The position numbers and the translations under genes were made by a program. A stretch of DNA of 64,000 nt from Candidatus Micrarchaeota archaeon (GTDB lineage: Archaea; Micrarchaeota; Micrarchaeia; Micrarchaeales; Micrarchaeaceae): NCBI GenBank assembly GCA_030040895.1, contig JASHSJ010000013.1, positions 57,414-121,413 on the forward strand, read 5' to 3'. Below the pieces are notes generated by a model. That model did no database searches and was not told the DNA's origin. It worked only from the letters and a program-made list of their open reading frames with translations. This document shows, piece after piece, positions 53,107-61,714 of this stretch (its first letter is position 1; each line of letters begins with the position of its first letter).

Positions 53107-54051
53107 ATGGGGAAAAAAGGTTCGCTTGGTAGCCCGGTCAATGACATCAAGCTCAGGAAGGGAATGAAGGTATCAGAGCTGATAGCCTCGATGGATAGGA
53201 TTGGCGGATTCTCCGGCCAGCACATGGTAGATGGGATAAAGATAACGCGCAGGATGCTGTCAGACAAGAATTCATTCAATTTCCTGTCATTTCCCGCAGA
53301 CATAATCTCAACAGGCCTAAGGGGGCCGATAGCTAGCGCGGTCAAGTACTTTGATGCGATAATAACTACGTGTGGGACACTCGATCATGATCTTGCTAGA
53401 TCGTTTGGGGGGATCTATAACGTTGGGAGCTTCGAGGTAGATGATAACGAAATGCACAGAAAGGGCATCTACAGACTTGGCAACGTATTCATAGAAAAAG
53501 ATGAGTATGGCCTGAAGGTTGAGAAGGCATTTAGCAGCATCATGAATGACATATACAAGTCAAAGGACTACAAGACAGAATATAGCCCCAGCGAGCTGAT
53601 ATGCGAATTCGGGAAAAGGATCAAAGACAACGGGTCGATAATCAGGCAGGCATACCTTCACAAAGTCCCAATATACAATCCAGGCATAGTGGACGGCGCA
53701 TTCGGCACTCAGATGACACTGTTCGCCCAAGACCATGACTTCAGGCTCAATGTAATGAAGGATGAGAAGGCATTGGCTGATATATCGTTTGACAACAAGG
53801 TTACCGGAGCCCTTATGATAGGCGGAGGCATAAGCAAGCACCATGTTATATGGTGGAACCAGTTCAAGGGAGGCCTGGACTACGCCGTATATATAACTAC
53901 GGCGACACAATATGATGGGAGCTTGTCCGGTGCCAGGCTTACGGAAGCCGTGTCCTGGGGCAAGATAAAGGAAAGGGCAAGGTACACAACAATAGACGGC
54001 GATGCGACAATAATACTCCCAATAATGTTTGCTGCGCTTGACATGATTTAG
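53107..54051 (+). CDS. dys: deoxyhypusine synthase
   Basis: 314 aa with ITTCGTLDHDL, IPIYNPGIVDGAFG and IGGGISKHHV blocks. Confidence 0.92.
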   Translation: MGKKGSLGSPVNDIKLRKGMKVSELIASMDRIGGFSGQHMVDGIKITRRMLSDKNSFNFLSFPADIISTGLRGPIASAVKYFDAIITTCGTLDHDLARSFGGIYNVGSFEVDDNEMHRKGIYRLGNVFIEKDEYGLKVEKAFSSIMNDIYKSKDYKTEYSPSELICEFGKRIKDNGSIIRQAYLHKVPIYNPGIVDGAFGTQMTLFAQDHDFRLNVMKDEKALADISFDNKVTGALMIGGGISKHHVIWWNQFKGGLDYAVYITTATQYDGSLSGARLTEAVSWGKIKERARYTTIDGDATIILPIMFAALDMI

Positions 54052-54055
54052 TGAT

Positions 54056-54958
54056 TTGCTGCACGAGGAAATAATAAGCCAGATTAAGGTAGAAAGAGAG
54101 CTTAAGATACCAACAAGCGTAAAGAGAGGGCTAGTTTTAACCGAGGATAAATTGAGGAGCCTAGCTAAGGAGGAATTCTTAAATGAAGAGCTTTACGAAC
54201 CTGCAACACACTTGTTAAAGAGGCCTGGCAAGCTCATAAGGCCTGGACTGATATTCACCACAGCAGAGGTTCTGGGCGAAGATCCAGAAGACTTTATCGA
54301 CCTTGCAGCTGGAATAGAGCTGCTACACACTGCATCGCTGGTTCATGATGACATATTAGACAAGGATAGCATGAGGAGGGGAGTTGAACCAGTACACATG
54401 AAGTTCGGGGAAAGCAGCGCCATATTGGCCGGCGATGCGCTAATCGCCAAGGCGATAAGTCTGGCAAGCAGGTATGGTGAAAGGATAATAAAGAGAGCAG
54501 CCGAGGCTGCAATGGCAATGTGCGCGGGCGAAGTCCTTGATGTGAAACTGCAAAGTGCGCCAGGGCCGCAATCGGACCTGAGCCTTTATCTGAAAGTTGC
54601 CGAACTAAAGACCGCTTCGCTTATGGCTGTATCATCAAGCATTGTTGCTGATTACGTCAAGAGCAGAAAGAGAGACCCCTTATACGACATAGGTCTCAAC
54701 ATAGGAATGTCGTTCCAGATCAAGGATGACATAATGAACTATCTTGGCATAACCGACAAAGCCCCCAAGAGTGTGAAATCAGATGCAAATAACAACAGAC
54801 CAAGCGTAATATCAGTATTCAAGAACAACGGAAGGGAAGATCCGGTTAGGACAGCGGCCAAGCTCAACAACTTCTACCTTGACAGGGCCAACGAGCTTCT
54901 GGTAAGCTTAGGAAATGCCGACAGCTTGCTGCAATATCTAGACTTTCTCAGGATATAG
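54056..54958 (+). CDS. idsA: trans-polyprenyl diphosphate synthase (GGPP synthase-like)
   Basis: 300 aa. FARM motif LVHDDILDKDSMRRG and SARM motif FQIKDDIMNY. TTG start 4 nt after the dys stop. Confidence 0.88.
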   Translation: MLHEEIISQIKVERELKIPTSVKRGLVLTEDKLRSLAKEEFLNEELYEPATHLLKRPGKLIRPGLIFTTAEVLGEDPEDFIDLAAGIELLHTASLVHDDILDKDSMRRGVEPVHMKFGESSAILAGDALIAKAISLASRYGERIIKRAAEAAMAMCAGEVLDVKLQSAPGPQSDLSLYLKVAELKTASLMAVSSSIVADYVKSRKRDPLYDIGLNIGMSFQIKDDIMNYLGITDKAPKSVKSDANNNRPSVISVFKNNGREDPVRTAAKLNNFYLDRANELLVSLGNADSLLQYLDFLRI

Positions 54959-55276
54959 CTACATTTCACTTGCAGGGAGAGTGCGCAGGTGCCTCAATAC
55001 CGTATGAGTAAAGTCTCTGGCTGCAGGCTCATACATCCTTCCTACACGTGTATCCTTGACATTTTGGTAATCCAGGCCTTTCCAGGCAGGCTCCGCCGTT
55101 CTAGTTTCCTGTGTTCGTAGTTCAACTCTGAGGCGCCGCCCAGGAAGTCCAGCAGTTGCATAAGCCTCGAGTTCATGATCTAGTTCGAAAACGCCAGGTC
55201 CTGTGGATTTTTCCATCGCCCCAGGTAACTTTGCGCCCTTGGGAGAGTCCCAGGAATCCAAAGTAAGCCCCATCAC
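54959..55276 (-). CDS. hypothetical protein (compositionally atypical orphan)
   Basis: 105-aa ORF, the only ORF of 60 aa or more across this 318-nt gap. Hand counts of four 60-nt lines gave 29, 28, 36 and 30 G+C, above typical local values. No motif recognised. Confidence 0.35.
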   Translation of the reverse strand: MMGLTLDSWDSPKGAKLPGAMEKSTGPGVFELDHELEAYATAGLPGRRLRVELRTQETRTAEPAWKGLDYQNVKDTRVGRMYEPAARDFTHTVLRHLRTLPASEM

Positions 55277-55303
55277 ACCAATTCCTACACACTGGAAAAT
55301 TAT

Positions 55304-56569
55304 TTAATCCTTTATCATTATTGTTTCGCCAAGTTTCGGGGCGTGCGCATCATATCCTTCCATCTGAAGGGATTCGGCAAGCGCCACTGCATTCTTGCCA
55401 TCACCGTGCACGCAAATAACCGTTTGTGGCTCGCTTCCCTTTACGTATCCGTGCAGGTCTGACATTCCGGCGTGGGCCGAGAAGTCATACGTATGTACGG
55501 GATGGCTTATCTTCCTCTTTGCTCCGTCTATTGTTATGTAGCCCTTATCAATCAGCGACCTTCCGTTCGTGCCTTCTTGCTGATATCCGGTTATCATGAT
55601 TTCAGAATTCTTGTTCAGTTTTGTTATATAGTCCAGGACAGGTCCCCCATTCAGCATTCCCGAAGTAGTAAGTATTATCGACGGTCCATTAAGTGCATCA
55701 CGCCTGTCTCCCCTCTTTCCTATCCAGTTGACCTCCCTGGCAGCCCTGGCAAGATTCTCGTAGTTGCTCATGAACCCGGGATAGTGCATAGCAATTGACG
55801 TTGCGTCCTTTGCCATACCATCAAAGTAAATGTATTCTGCAAGACCGTTCTCGTACAGCATTGTGAGGATTTCCTGGCCTCTTCCTACCGCAAACACTGG
55901 TATGAGCACGTTTCCACCATTGTCAAGTGCAAAATTTATGTCCTCGACGAACTTCTTTACAGTCAGGTCTCTATCAGGATGGTCTTCTGTTGCATAAGTT
56001 GATTCCATTATCAATACATCGCTCTTTACTATCTCGGCCCCGTTGTGGAGCGTTTGCTTGCCAAGCTTGAAATCCCCAGTATATACCACGCGCTTGTTGT
56101 TTCTGGCCTTGACCCTCTCAACCAATGATACGGCGCTGCCTGTTATGTGTCCAGCGTCAAACAGCTGTATGTCGAAGTTGCCGAATCGTGCCACATGGCC
56201 ATAGTCAAGGGCGACATACTTGTTCGTAAGGCCTTTTATGCTGCTCTTATGAAAGTTTATGTTCTTGTGCTGCTTTCTGGCTAGGCCTATAGAATCATCA
56301 AGAAGAAGAGTTGATAGTTCAAGAGTCGGTTTGGTTCCAAATGTGGTGGCGCCAGAGCTCTCAAATATTGCAGGGGTGCATCCACTGTGGTCGAGGTGGG
56401 CATGGCTCACTATCATCGCGTCTACGTGAGGTGTGCTTATTGGAAACTCGCTCTTGTGGTCTATCTTGACTCCGAAGTCAAACATTATGCTCCTGTCGTC
56501 TTTCATGAGTATTGCTGATCTTCCAACTTCCCTTGCCCCGCCTAGGAACTTAAGCTCCATAAGAATCAA
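55304..56569 (-). CDS. beta-CASP metallo-beta-lactamase RNase (aCPSF2/RNase J-like)
   Basis: 421 aa. HAHLDHSG motif and downstream beta-CASP motifs (D in TGDFK, H in FSAHAG, VHGD). No N-terminal KH domains. Confidence 0.85.
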   Translation of the reverse strand: MILMELKFLGGAREVGRSAILMKDDRSIMFDFGVKIDHKSEFPISTPHVDAMIVSHAHLDHSGCTPAIFESSGATTFGTKPTLELSTLLLDDSIGLARKQHKNINFHKSSIKGLTNKYVALDYGHVARFGNFDIQLFDAGHITGSAVSLVERVKARNNKRVVYTGDFKLGKQTLHNGAEIVKSDVLIMESTYATEDHPDRDLTVKKFVEDINFALDNGGNVLIPVFAVGRGQEILTMLYENGLAEYIYFDGMAKDATSIAMHYPGFMSNYENLARAAREVNWIGKRGDRRDALNGPSIILTTSGMLNGGPVLDYITKLNKNSEIMITGYQQEGTNGRSLIDKGYITIDGAKRKISHPVHTYDFSAHAGMSDLHGYVKGSEPQTVICVHGDGKNAVALAESLQMEGYDAHAPKLGETIMIKD

Positions 56570-56641
56570 CGGTCGCGCCTTATCTTTTTAGCAATAGGAT
56601 AAAAGGTATAAAAGACCCCTATCCAAACTAATGCTGGTAAA

Positions 56642-57829
56642 ATGATGCGTCCAAACATATCGATAATACTGCTGGACACAATGAAGCTTGATGCATTCAA
56701 GATGCTTGAGGCAAAGGAAGGCAGATTTGCGAAACTAGGGTTCCAGTTCCTTGACAAGTGCATAGCGCCGTCTTCATGGACCCTACCATCCCATGCATCT
56801 TTATTCACTGGAATGTATCCTAGCGAGCACGGGGCACACGAGACAAAGTCAGTGAAGTGGCTCGACATAGACAGGATAAGGTTAAAGAAAGCCACATTCA
56901 TCGGAGAGCTGTCGAGAACGGGTTACAAAACCTACGGAATATCGGCAAATCCATATGTTCATCCTATCTATGGATTTGATGAATTCGACAGCTTCATGGA
57001 AGAATCATATTTCACTGATGTATTCGGCCATGTAATAGAGATACCTGAGCGCCTGAGGAAGAAGATAACACCATACAGGGAGAGGTTTGGAAAAGACGCT
57101 GGCAAGATAGCAATCGCAATAATGCGCGAGGATCCAAATCTCCTCCTAGAAGCTCCCGCCGTATTCTCAGCTACAATAAAATCAGCTGCCACAAAGCTGC
57201 AAGCAAAACTGATAGATGGATGGCCAATAGAGAAAGGAGGCAAAAACATAGTTAACGCAGTTGCAAATGCCAAGTTCAGGAAACCATTCTTCCTTTTCAT
57301 AAACATGATGGAAGCACACGATCCATACATCGGAAAGAAAGACTTGGACTTCAACTGGGCAACTCCATTCCTGAAGAAGAAGCCGAAGCAGGCTCTAGTT
57401 GATAGATGGAAGAAACTATACCAAGTGGCTTCCGCAAAGGCCTATAGATACGGTGCACAGATAGTAGAAACACTTATCGACAGATACGGCGATGATCAGG
57501 TATTCATGATAACAAGTGACCACGGACAGGAATTTGGAGAACACGGATTTATAGGACACGGAACGGTTCTATCAGATGAAGTCCTTAAGATACCAATGGC
57601 AGTAAAGGGCCCATGGAAGAAGCAACCAAAGAAGAACAACTATTCTTCACTGGTAAAAGTCAGGGATTTTGTTATGAGCGCAGCAAGCGGCAACGAGGCA
57701 ACATCGGAACTCTACAGCAACACAGTGTACTCAGAGAGTTTTGGCATTCCTGCGAATCTAACAAGCCAGGGCATAGACAACGCAAAGGTAAGAAGATACG
57801 AGAAATATCAAAGGAGAGTATTCAGATGA
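56642..57829 (+). CDS. sulfatase/alkaline-phosphatase-superfamily enzyme
   Basis: 395 aa. N-terminal NISIILLDTMK, nucleophile region APSSWTLPSHASLFTGMYPSEHG, and C-terminal ITSDHGQEFGEHGFIGHG. Confidence 0.75.
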   Translation: MMRPNISIILLDTMKLDAFKMLEAKEGRFAKLGFQFLDKCIAPSSWTLPSHASLFTGMYPSEHGAHETKSVKWLDIDRIRLKKATFIGELSRTGYKTYGISANPYVHPIYGFDEFDSFMEESYFTDVFGHVIEIPERLRKKITPYRERFGKDAGKIAIAIMREDPNLLLEAPAVFSATIKSAATKLQAKLIDGWPIEKGGKNIVNAVANAKFRKPFFLFINMMEAHDPYIGKKDLDFNWATPFLKKKPKQALVDRWKKLYQVASAKAYRYGAQIVETLIDRYGDDQVFMITSDHGQEFGEHGFIGHGTVLSDEVLKIPMAVKGPWKKQPKKNNYSSLVKVRDFVMSAASGNEATSELYSNTVYSESFGIPANLTSQGIDNAKVRRYEKYQRRVFR

Positions 57830-57833
57830 AGCC

Positions 57834-59054
57834 ATGAAGAACATACTACTGACCGATGTAGCATCAAGGATAAGCCGCGTGGGAGGCGAGGCCAGAATGG
57901 TAGAAATCCTTTTCAACGGCTTAAAGAAGAACTTCAACACTTACTATCTTGGGTTTCCAACGGATTACATAGCGGATGAAGGCCAGGACAGGATAATGTT
58001 AAAGAAGAAAGTGCCGCTGGGCGCGTGGGCCAGAAAACTGAAGCTTTCCGAGCTTAGAGTGCTAAGAATAGCATACAATCTCGTATTTGTTAGGAGGATG
58101 GGAGCTACCGGACTTAGTAAAGCAGAAAACGACAGGATAATGAAGATAGCGCCTGCAGTTATAGTTTCCAACTCGCTTGCAGACTTCCCATTAATACAGA
58201 ATCTTAAGAAACAAGGCATGGATTTCAAATCAGTATACCTAGATCATGGCTGCATATCAATAGCGAAGACGGAAGGCAAGCTCTCAAAGGCAAGTATACC
58301 GTTGACGGTCGGAGCAGGAATAAAAGGAGCCACAATGGACGAAATAAAGAGGAAATTCTTCAATTCGTTTGACCTCAATATAGCACTTACTAAAGAGCAA
58401 CTCGATGCCATGAGGAAATACACAGATAAGGTCACATACATACCAAACAGCACTGACGCGGAGATCAGGAAAGACCCGCATAGCAAGAGAGCCTTCCTGC
58501 ACAAGTATGGTTTACATCATAATGATTTTGTAGTACTCTATCTCGGAAGGATGTTTGAACGCCAGAAGAGAGTATCTACGCTAATAAGGGCATTCAAGTT
58601 GCTTGAAGGAAAGAACTTCAGGCTGGTGCTAGCAGGTGGTGGCCAATCGCTTCCTGATTATATGAAGATGGCAGAAGGCGATAGTAGGATAATGTTCACC
58701 GGAGAGCTTAGCGAAGATGATGTAAATGACGCCTACGAGGCCGCAAGCGTGTTTGTTTTGCCATCTGCATGGGAAGCCCTAAGCCTAGTGTTGCTAGAAG
58801 CGTCGGCTCATGGGCTACCAGCCATACTTTCAAGCGGAGCTTATGTGCCCGACATTAAAATTAAAAGCATAGGCAGAATACCAAGTTTCAAGACTGGAGA
58901 TACAAAGGAATTAGCAAGGCTGATCCAGAAGGTTTATTCAAGTCAGAAGTTCAGAGAAGCAGCAACAAGGTCGTCTAGTAAGATAGCAAAGATATTCACG
59001 GCTGATAGAATGGTAGAACGATATCAGAAAGCAATAAGATCAGTTATTCAGTAA
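57834..59054 (+). CDS. glycosyltransferase family 4 (GT-B)
   Basis: 406 aa. LGRMFERQKRV..LIRAF, LVLAGGG and the E-x7-E region VLPSAWEALSLVLLEASAHGLPAI. The start is 4 nt after the sulfatase-like stop. Confidence 0.85.
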   Translation: MKNILLTDVASRISRVGGEARMVEILFNGLKKNFNTYYLGFPTDYIADEGQDRIMLKKKVPLGAWARKLKLSELRVLRIAYNLVFVRRMGATGLSKAENDRIMKIAPAVIVSNSLADFPLIQNLKKQGMDFKSVYLDHGCISIAKTEGKLSKASIPLTVGAGIKGATMDEIKRKFFNSFDLNIALTKEQLDAMRKYTDKVTYIPNSTDAEIRKDPHSKRAFLHKYGLHHNDFVVLYLGRMFERQKRVSTLIRAFKLLEGKNFRLVLAGGGQSLPDYMKMAEGDSRIMFTGELSEDDVNDAYEAASVFVLPSAWEALSLVLLEASAHGLPAILSSGAYVPDIKIKSIGRIPSFKTGDTKELARLIQKVYSSQKFREAATRSSSKIAKIFTADRMVERYQKAIRSVIQ

Positions 59055-60271
59055 CCAGTTATAGTTCCTATTCCTGCAAAAGCTCCATCAGAATACAAGA
59101 CAAACCTACCGAGTTCTCTTGTTTCATCAAATTTCTCTGCCGGAATCTGCTTTGATAGAATAAGATCTGCACTTATCGCGCTAAGGAGCTCCATCTTGCC
59201 ATTAGTGCTCCTGGTTCCTGTAGTTGGGTCTATGTATTCAGCAACACTCATTTTCTTGATCTGAATATCAGAGCCATTGAATCTAATCGATGAATTCTTA
59301 TCAAGTTTCTTTGTAATGAAGATAGTTGCCCTGACCTTTGCTCTTGCTTCAGGACAATCGCCTTTATTTGATATAACAGAGCCCCTAAGATCAGAGCCCA
59401 TTTTCTTATCAAACTGGAGCGCTACGTTCTCTCCAATTATTGCCTTCTTCACTTTCTTGCCTTTGACTATTATACTCTTTATCTTGACAGGCAAGTTTCC
59501 TGGAGAGATGCAGAATCCACCAGTCAAGGACAGGTTTCCTTTCACTACTCTGCCAACAGCAAAGTCGCGCTGCCCTTCAAGGAAACCCTGTACAATTATT
59601 CTAAGGGCACCAGTTTTGTTGCCACTCTGCTTTTTCGTGCCACTATATATGAGGTCGATAAGCGTCTTGCCTTTATACCAGTTCATGAATCTGCTTCTTT
59701 TTACAAGGTTTTCTCCCTTGTATGCGGAGACGGGAACAAAACTTACCATTGTCTTTTCAAATCCGATCTTTTCTATAAATCCTGATAATCCATCTTTTAT
59801 CATATCAAATCTTTTCTTATCGTAACCTACAAGGTCCATCTTGTTTACCGCCACAACCAGGCTTTCTATGCCAAGCATTCTAGCTATGAAGAGATGCCTT
59901 TTTGTCTGGTCTCTTATTCCTTCGTCAGCCTTTGCAGAAACAAGCAACACTGCAATCTCACCGTATGAAGCTCCGCTTATCATGTTCTTTATCAGTTCCT
60001 CGTGGCCAGGGACATCAATGAATGCAAATGCAAGGTCCTTGTACTTAATTTCAGCTCTTGTGGTATCATATGTCATCTCTTGTTCTCTCTCTTCTGCAAA
60101 ACTATCAAGTATGAAAGCAGGCTCAAAGTCCTTGTGAAGTTTTTTGCTATAAGCCTCGGCTTCCTTTATCCTTACTTGCGTTGCAGATCCTGTGTGCATG
60201 AGCAAACTTCCAATAAGTGTGGACTTGCCATGATCCTTATGTCCTAGAAGGGAAATAGTCTTGACAATCAT
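59048..60271 (-). CDS. cysN: sulfate adenylyltransferase subunit 1-like GTPase (CysN / EF-1alpha-like)
   Basis: G1 GHKDHGKSTL, DSFAEEREQEMTYD, G3 DVPGH and G4 NKMD. ATG 60271 lies 4 nt after the cysD stop; the ORF opens at 60319. About 407 aa with no APS-kinase fusion. Confidence 0.75.
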   Translation of the reverse strand: MIVKTISLLGHKDHGKSTLIGSLLMHTGSATQVRIKEAEAYSKKLHKDFEPAFILDSFAEEREQEMTYDTTRAEIKYKDLAFAFIDVPGHEELIKNMISGASYGEIAVLLVSAKADEGIRDQTKRHLFIARMLGIESLVVAVNKMDLVGYDKKRFDMIKDGLSGFIEKIGFEKTMVSFVPVSAYKGENLVKRSRFMNWYKGKTLIDLIYSGTKKQSGNKTGALRIIVQGFLEGQRDFAVGRVVKGNLSLTGGFCISPGNLPVKIKSIIVKGKKVKKAIIGENVALQFDKKMGSDLRGSVISNKGDCPEARAKVRATIFITKKLDKNSSIRFNGSDIQIKKMSVAEYIDPTTGTRSTNGKMELLSAISADLILSKQIPAEKFDETRELGRFVLYSDGAFAGIGTITGY

Positions 60272-60275
60272 AGAC

Positions 60276-61064
60276 TCACATGTATCCCAGAGATCTGAGT
60301 CTCTGCATAACATATTCACGTTCCTTGTCCATACTCCTTCCAGATCTCTCTTCTATCTTGGTGGTTTCAAGTTCAGATATTATGTTTTCTACTGTCCTCG
60401 CATTAGATTTGATATGTATAGTACAATGAGTGCATCCAAGGCTTCTGTATCTATATCCATTTCTCGAGAAGTACAAAGGATTTACTGGTATGCGCTCACG
60501 TTTCACGTAGTTCCATATATCTATTTCATTCCAGTCAAGCAGTGGATGGACTCTTACGTGACCTCCAACATCAAGTTTTGATGAATAATCATCCCAGAGT
60601 TCGGCAGGCTGGTCTTTGTAGTTCCACCTGAACTTCTTGTCCCTCGGAGACATGTATCGCTCTTTTGCCCTGATTCCGTGTTCATCTCGCCTTATTGAGA
60701 CTATAAGTGCATCAAATCCATACTCATCCATTACTTTTTTGAGCGTTTCTGGCTTGTTCTTGCCACAGCAAGCAGATCCAACAAGATCCGGCTTTATCTC
60801 GCTTGGTGCGACTATCAAATCAAGGTTCCACTTCTTTGCAAGATCCTGCCTGAATTCATATGTTTCTGGAAAGTCAATGCTATTATCAATGTGAATTACC
60901 GGAAATGGAACCTTTCCAAGGAAGGCCTTTCTTGCTAGCGCCAGCATTGTAGTTGAATCCTTTCCCATGCTCCAGAGCGCAGCAACCTTTCCGAACTTCT
61001 GCTTCGCTTCTCTTAAGACAAATATGCTCCTTTCTTCCAAAACCGTCAAGTCTTGTTTGATCAT
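60276..61064 (-). CDS. cysD: sulfate adenylyltransferase subunit 2 (CysD, PP-loop ATP pyrophosphatase)
   Basis: 262 aa. PP-loop WSMGKDSTTML, RRDEHGIRAKERYMSPRD..WNYKDQPAELWDDY, HPLLDWNEIDIWNYV and RYRSLGC blocks run parallel to E. coli CysD as I recall it. Confidence 0.88.
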   Translation of the reverse strand: MIKQDLTVLEERSIFVLREAKQKFGKVAALWSMGKDSTTMLALARKAFLGKVPFPVIHIDNSIDFPETYEFRQDLAKKWNLDLIVAPSEIKPDLVGSACCGKNKPETLKKVMDEYGFDALIVSIRRDEHGIRAKERYMSPRDKKFRWNYKDQPAELWDDYSSKLDVGGHVRVHPLLDWNEIDIWNYVKRERIPVNPLYFSRNGYRYRSLGCTHCTIHIKSNARTVENIISELETTKIEERSGRSMDKEREYVMQRLRSLGYM

Positions 61065-61068
61065 ATAA

Positions 61069-61359
61069 TCAATCCTTGTTTGATACCTGTAGGCCAGTCA
61101 AATATATCGTGGAGCCCCTCACTTTCTTGCCCTCTTTCTTGAATATAGGAACCTTAGTTACCAGCTTATACTTCGAATCGTACAGTTCTGCAAATGACTT
61201 TGTAAGGTCTTGCATCTTGTTCAGCTTGCCTTCGTTGGCAAAAATGACTTTGTAGTATCTTACGCTGCTCTTGCCCAGTGTCGCAGCAAAGGACTTCCAG
61301 TTCTTTTCACTCGGTTCTTTCCAGAGAGCATCTGCTATATCACTAATTTTACCAACCAT
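61069..61359 (-). CDS. hypothetical protein co-oriented between the RHH gene and cysD
   Basis: 96-aa ORF. Its ATG is 4 nt after the RHH stop and its stop is 4 nt before the cysD ATG. K-rich, no motif recognised. Confidence 0.55.
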   Translation of the reverse strand: MVGKISDIADALWKEPSEKNWKSFAATLGKSSVRYYKVIFANEGKLNKMQDLTKSFAELYDSKYKLVTKVPIFKKEGKKVRGSTIYLTGLQVSNKD

Positions 61360-61363
61360 GAAA

Positions 61364-61588
61364 TCAATCCGTGTAGCCCAAAGCTCTTAGCTTCTCTATG
61401 ACCCCGCTTCTTTCCTTCTTCGTTCCCACCATGCTCATCTCAGCCATAGTTTCCCTTAACACATATGTAACATAATCCGATACAGAAGAAAAGCCCGTAT
61501 CTTTTATCCTTTCCTTTATCTTCCCAAATAAAGGCGCAGGTATAGTTATCGTCGTATATTTTCTCTTTTGTGACTTTTCGTCTTTCAC
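61364..61588 (-). CDS. ribbon-helix-helix (CopG/MetJ-type) DNA-binding protein
   Basis: 74 aa. KYTTITIPAPLFGKIKERIKDTGFSSVSDYVTYVLRE follows the beta-strand, helix, helix RHH pattern. C-terminal ...EKLRALGYTD. Confidence 0.7.
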   Translation of the reverse strand: MKDEKSQKRKYTTITIPAPLFGKIKERIKDTGFSSVSDYVTYVLRETMAEMSMVGTKKERSGVIEKLRALGYTD

Positions 61589-61596
61589 AATATCAC

Positions 61597-61628
61597 TTAT
61601 ATTATAATGTTATAACATTATAATATAA
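61597..61628. promoter_or_regulatory. perfect 32-bp palindrome in the divergent promoter region (candidate RHH operator plus TATA elements)
   Basis: TTATATTATAATGTTA|TAACATTATAATATAA. I checked all 16 arm positions pairwise, with the centre between 61612 and 61613. It starts 9 nt upstream of the RHH ATG (61588) and ends 87 nt upstream of the 61715 gene. Confidence 0.5.
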
Positions 61629-61714
61629 ATACTTTTCGGACTTGGGTCTGGTAAAACTGCAGTAATACCAGCTATACGTATATAAACATTATTTCTGATA
61701 TAAGCAGGATTCTA

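Noticed and set aside
56566-56901. 111-aa minus-strand ORF bridging the beta-CASP gene start and the sulfatase-like gene start.
   Set aside because: It overlaps the 5' part of the well-supported sulfatase-like gene in antisense and has no motifs. The 72-nt spacer 56570-56641 is better explained as a divergent promoter region.
61069-61588. RHH plus a downstream 96-aa ORF as a type II toxin-antitoxin pair.
   Set aside because: The antitoxin-first order and the sizes fit. However, the 96-aa protein shows no RelE/ParE, VapC (PIN), MazF or HicA motif. Both genes are translationally chained into cysD-cysN, which favours an operon-specific regulator plus accessory subunit. I keep it as an open alternative only.
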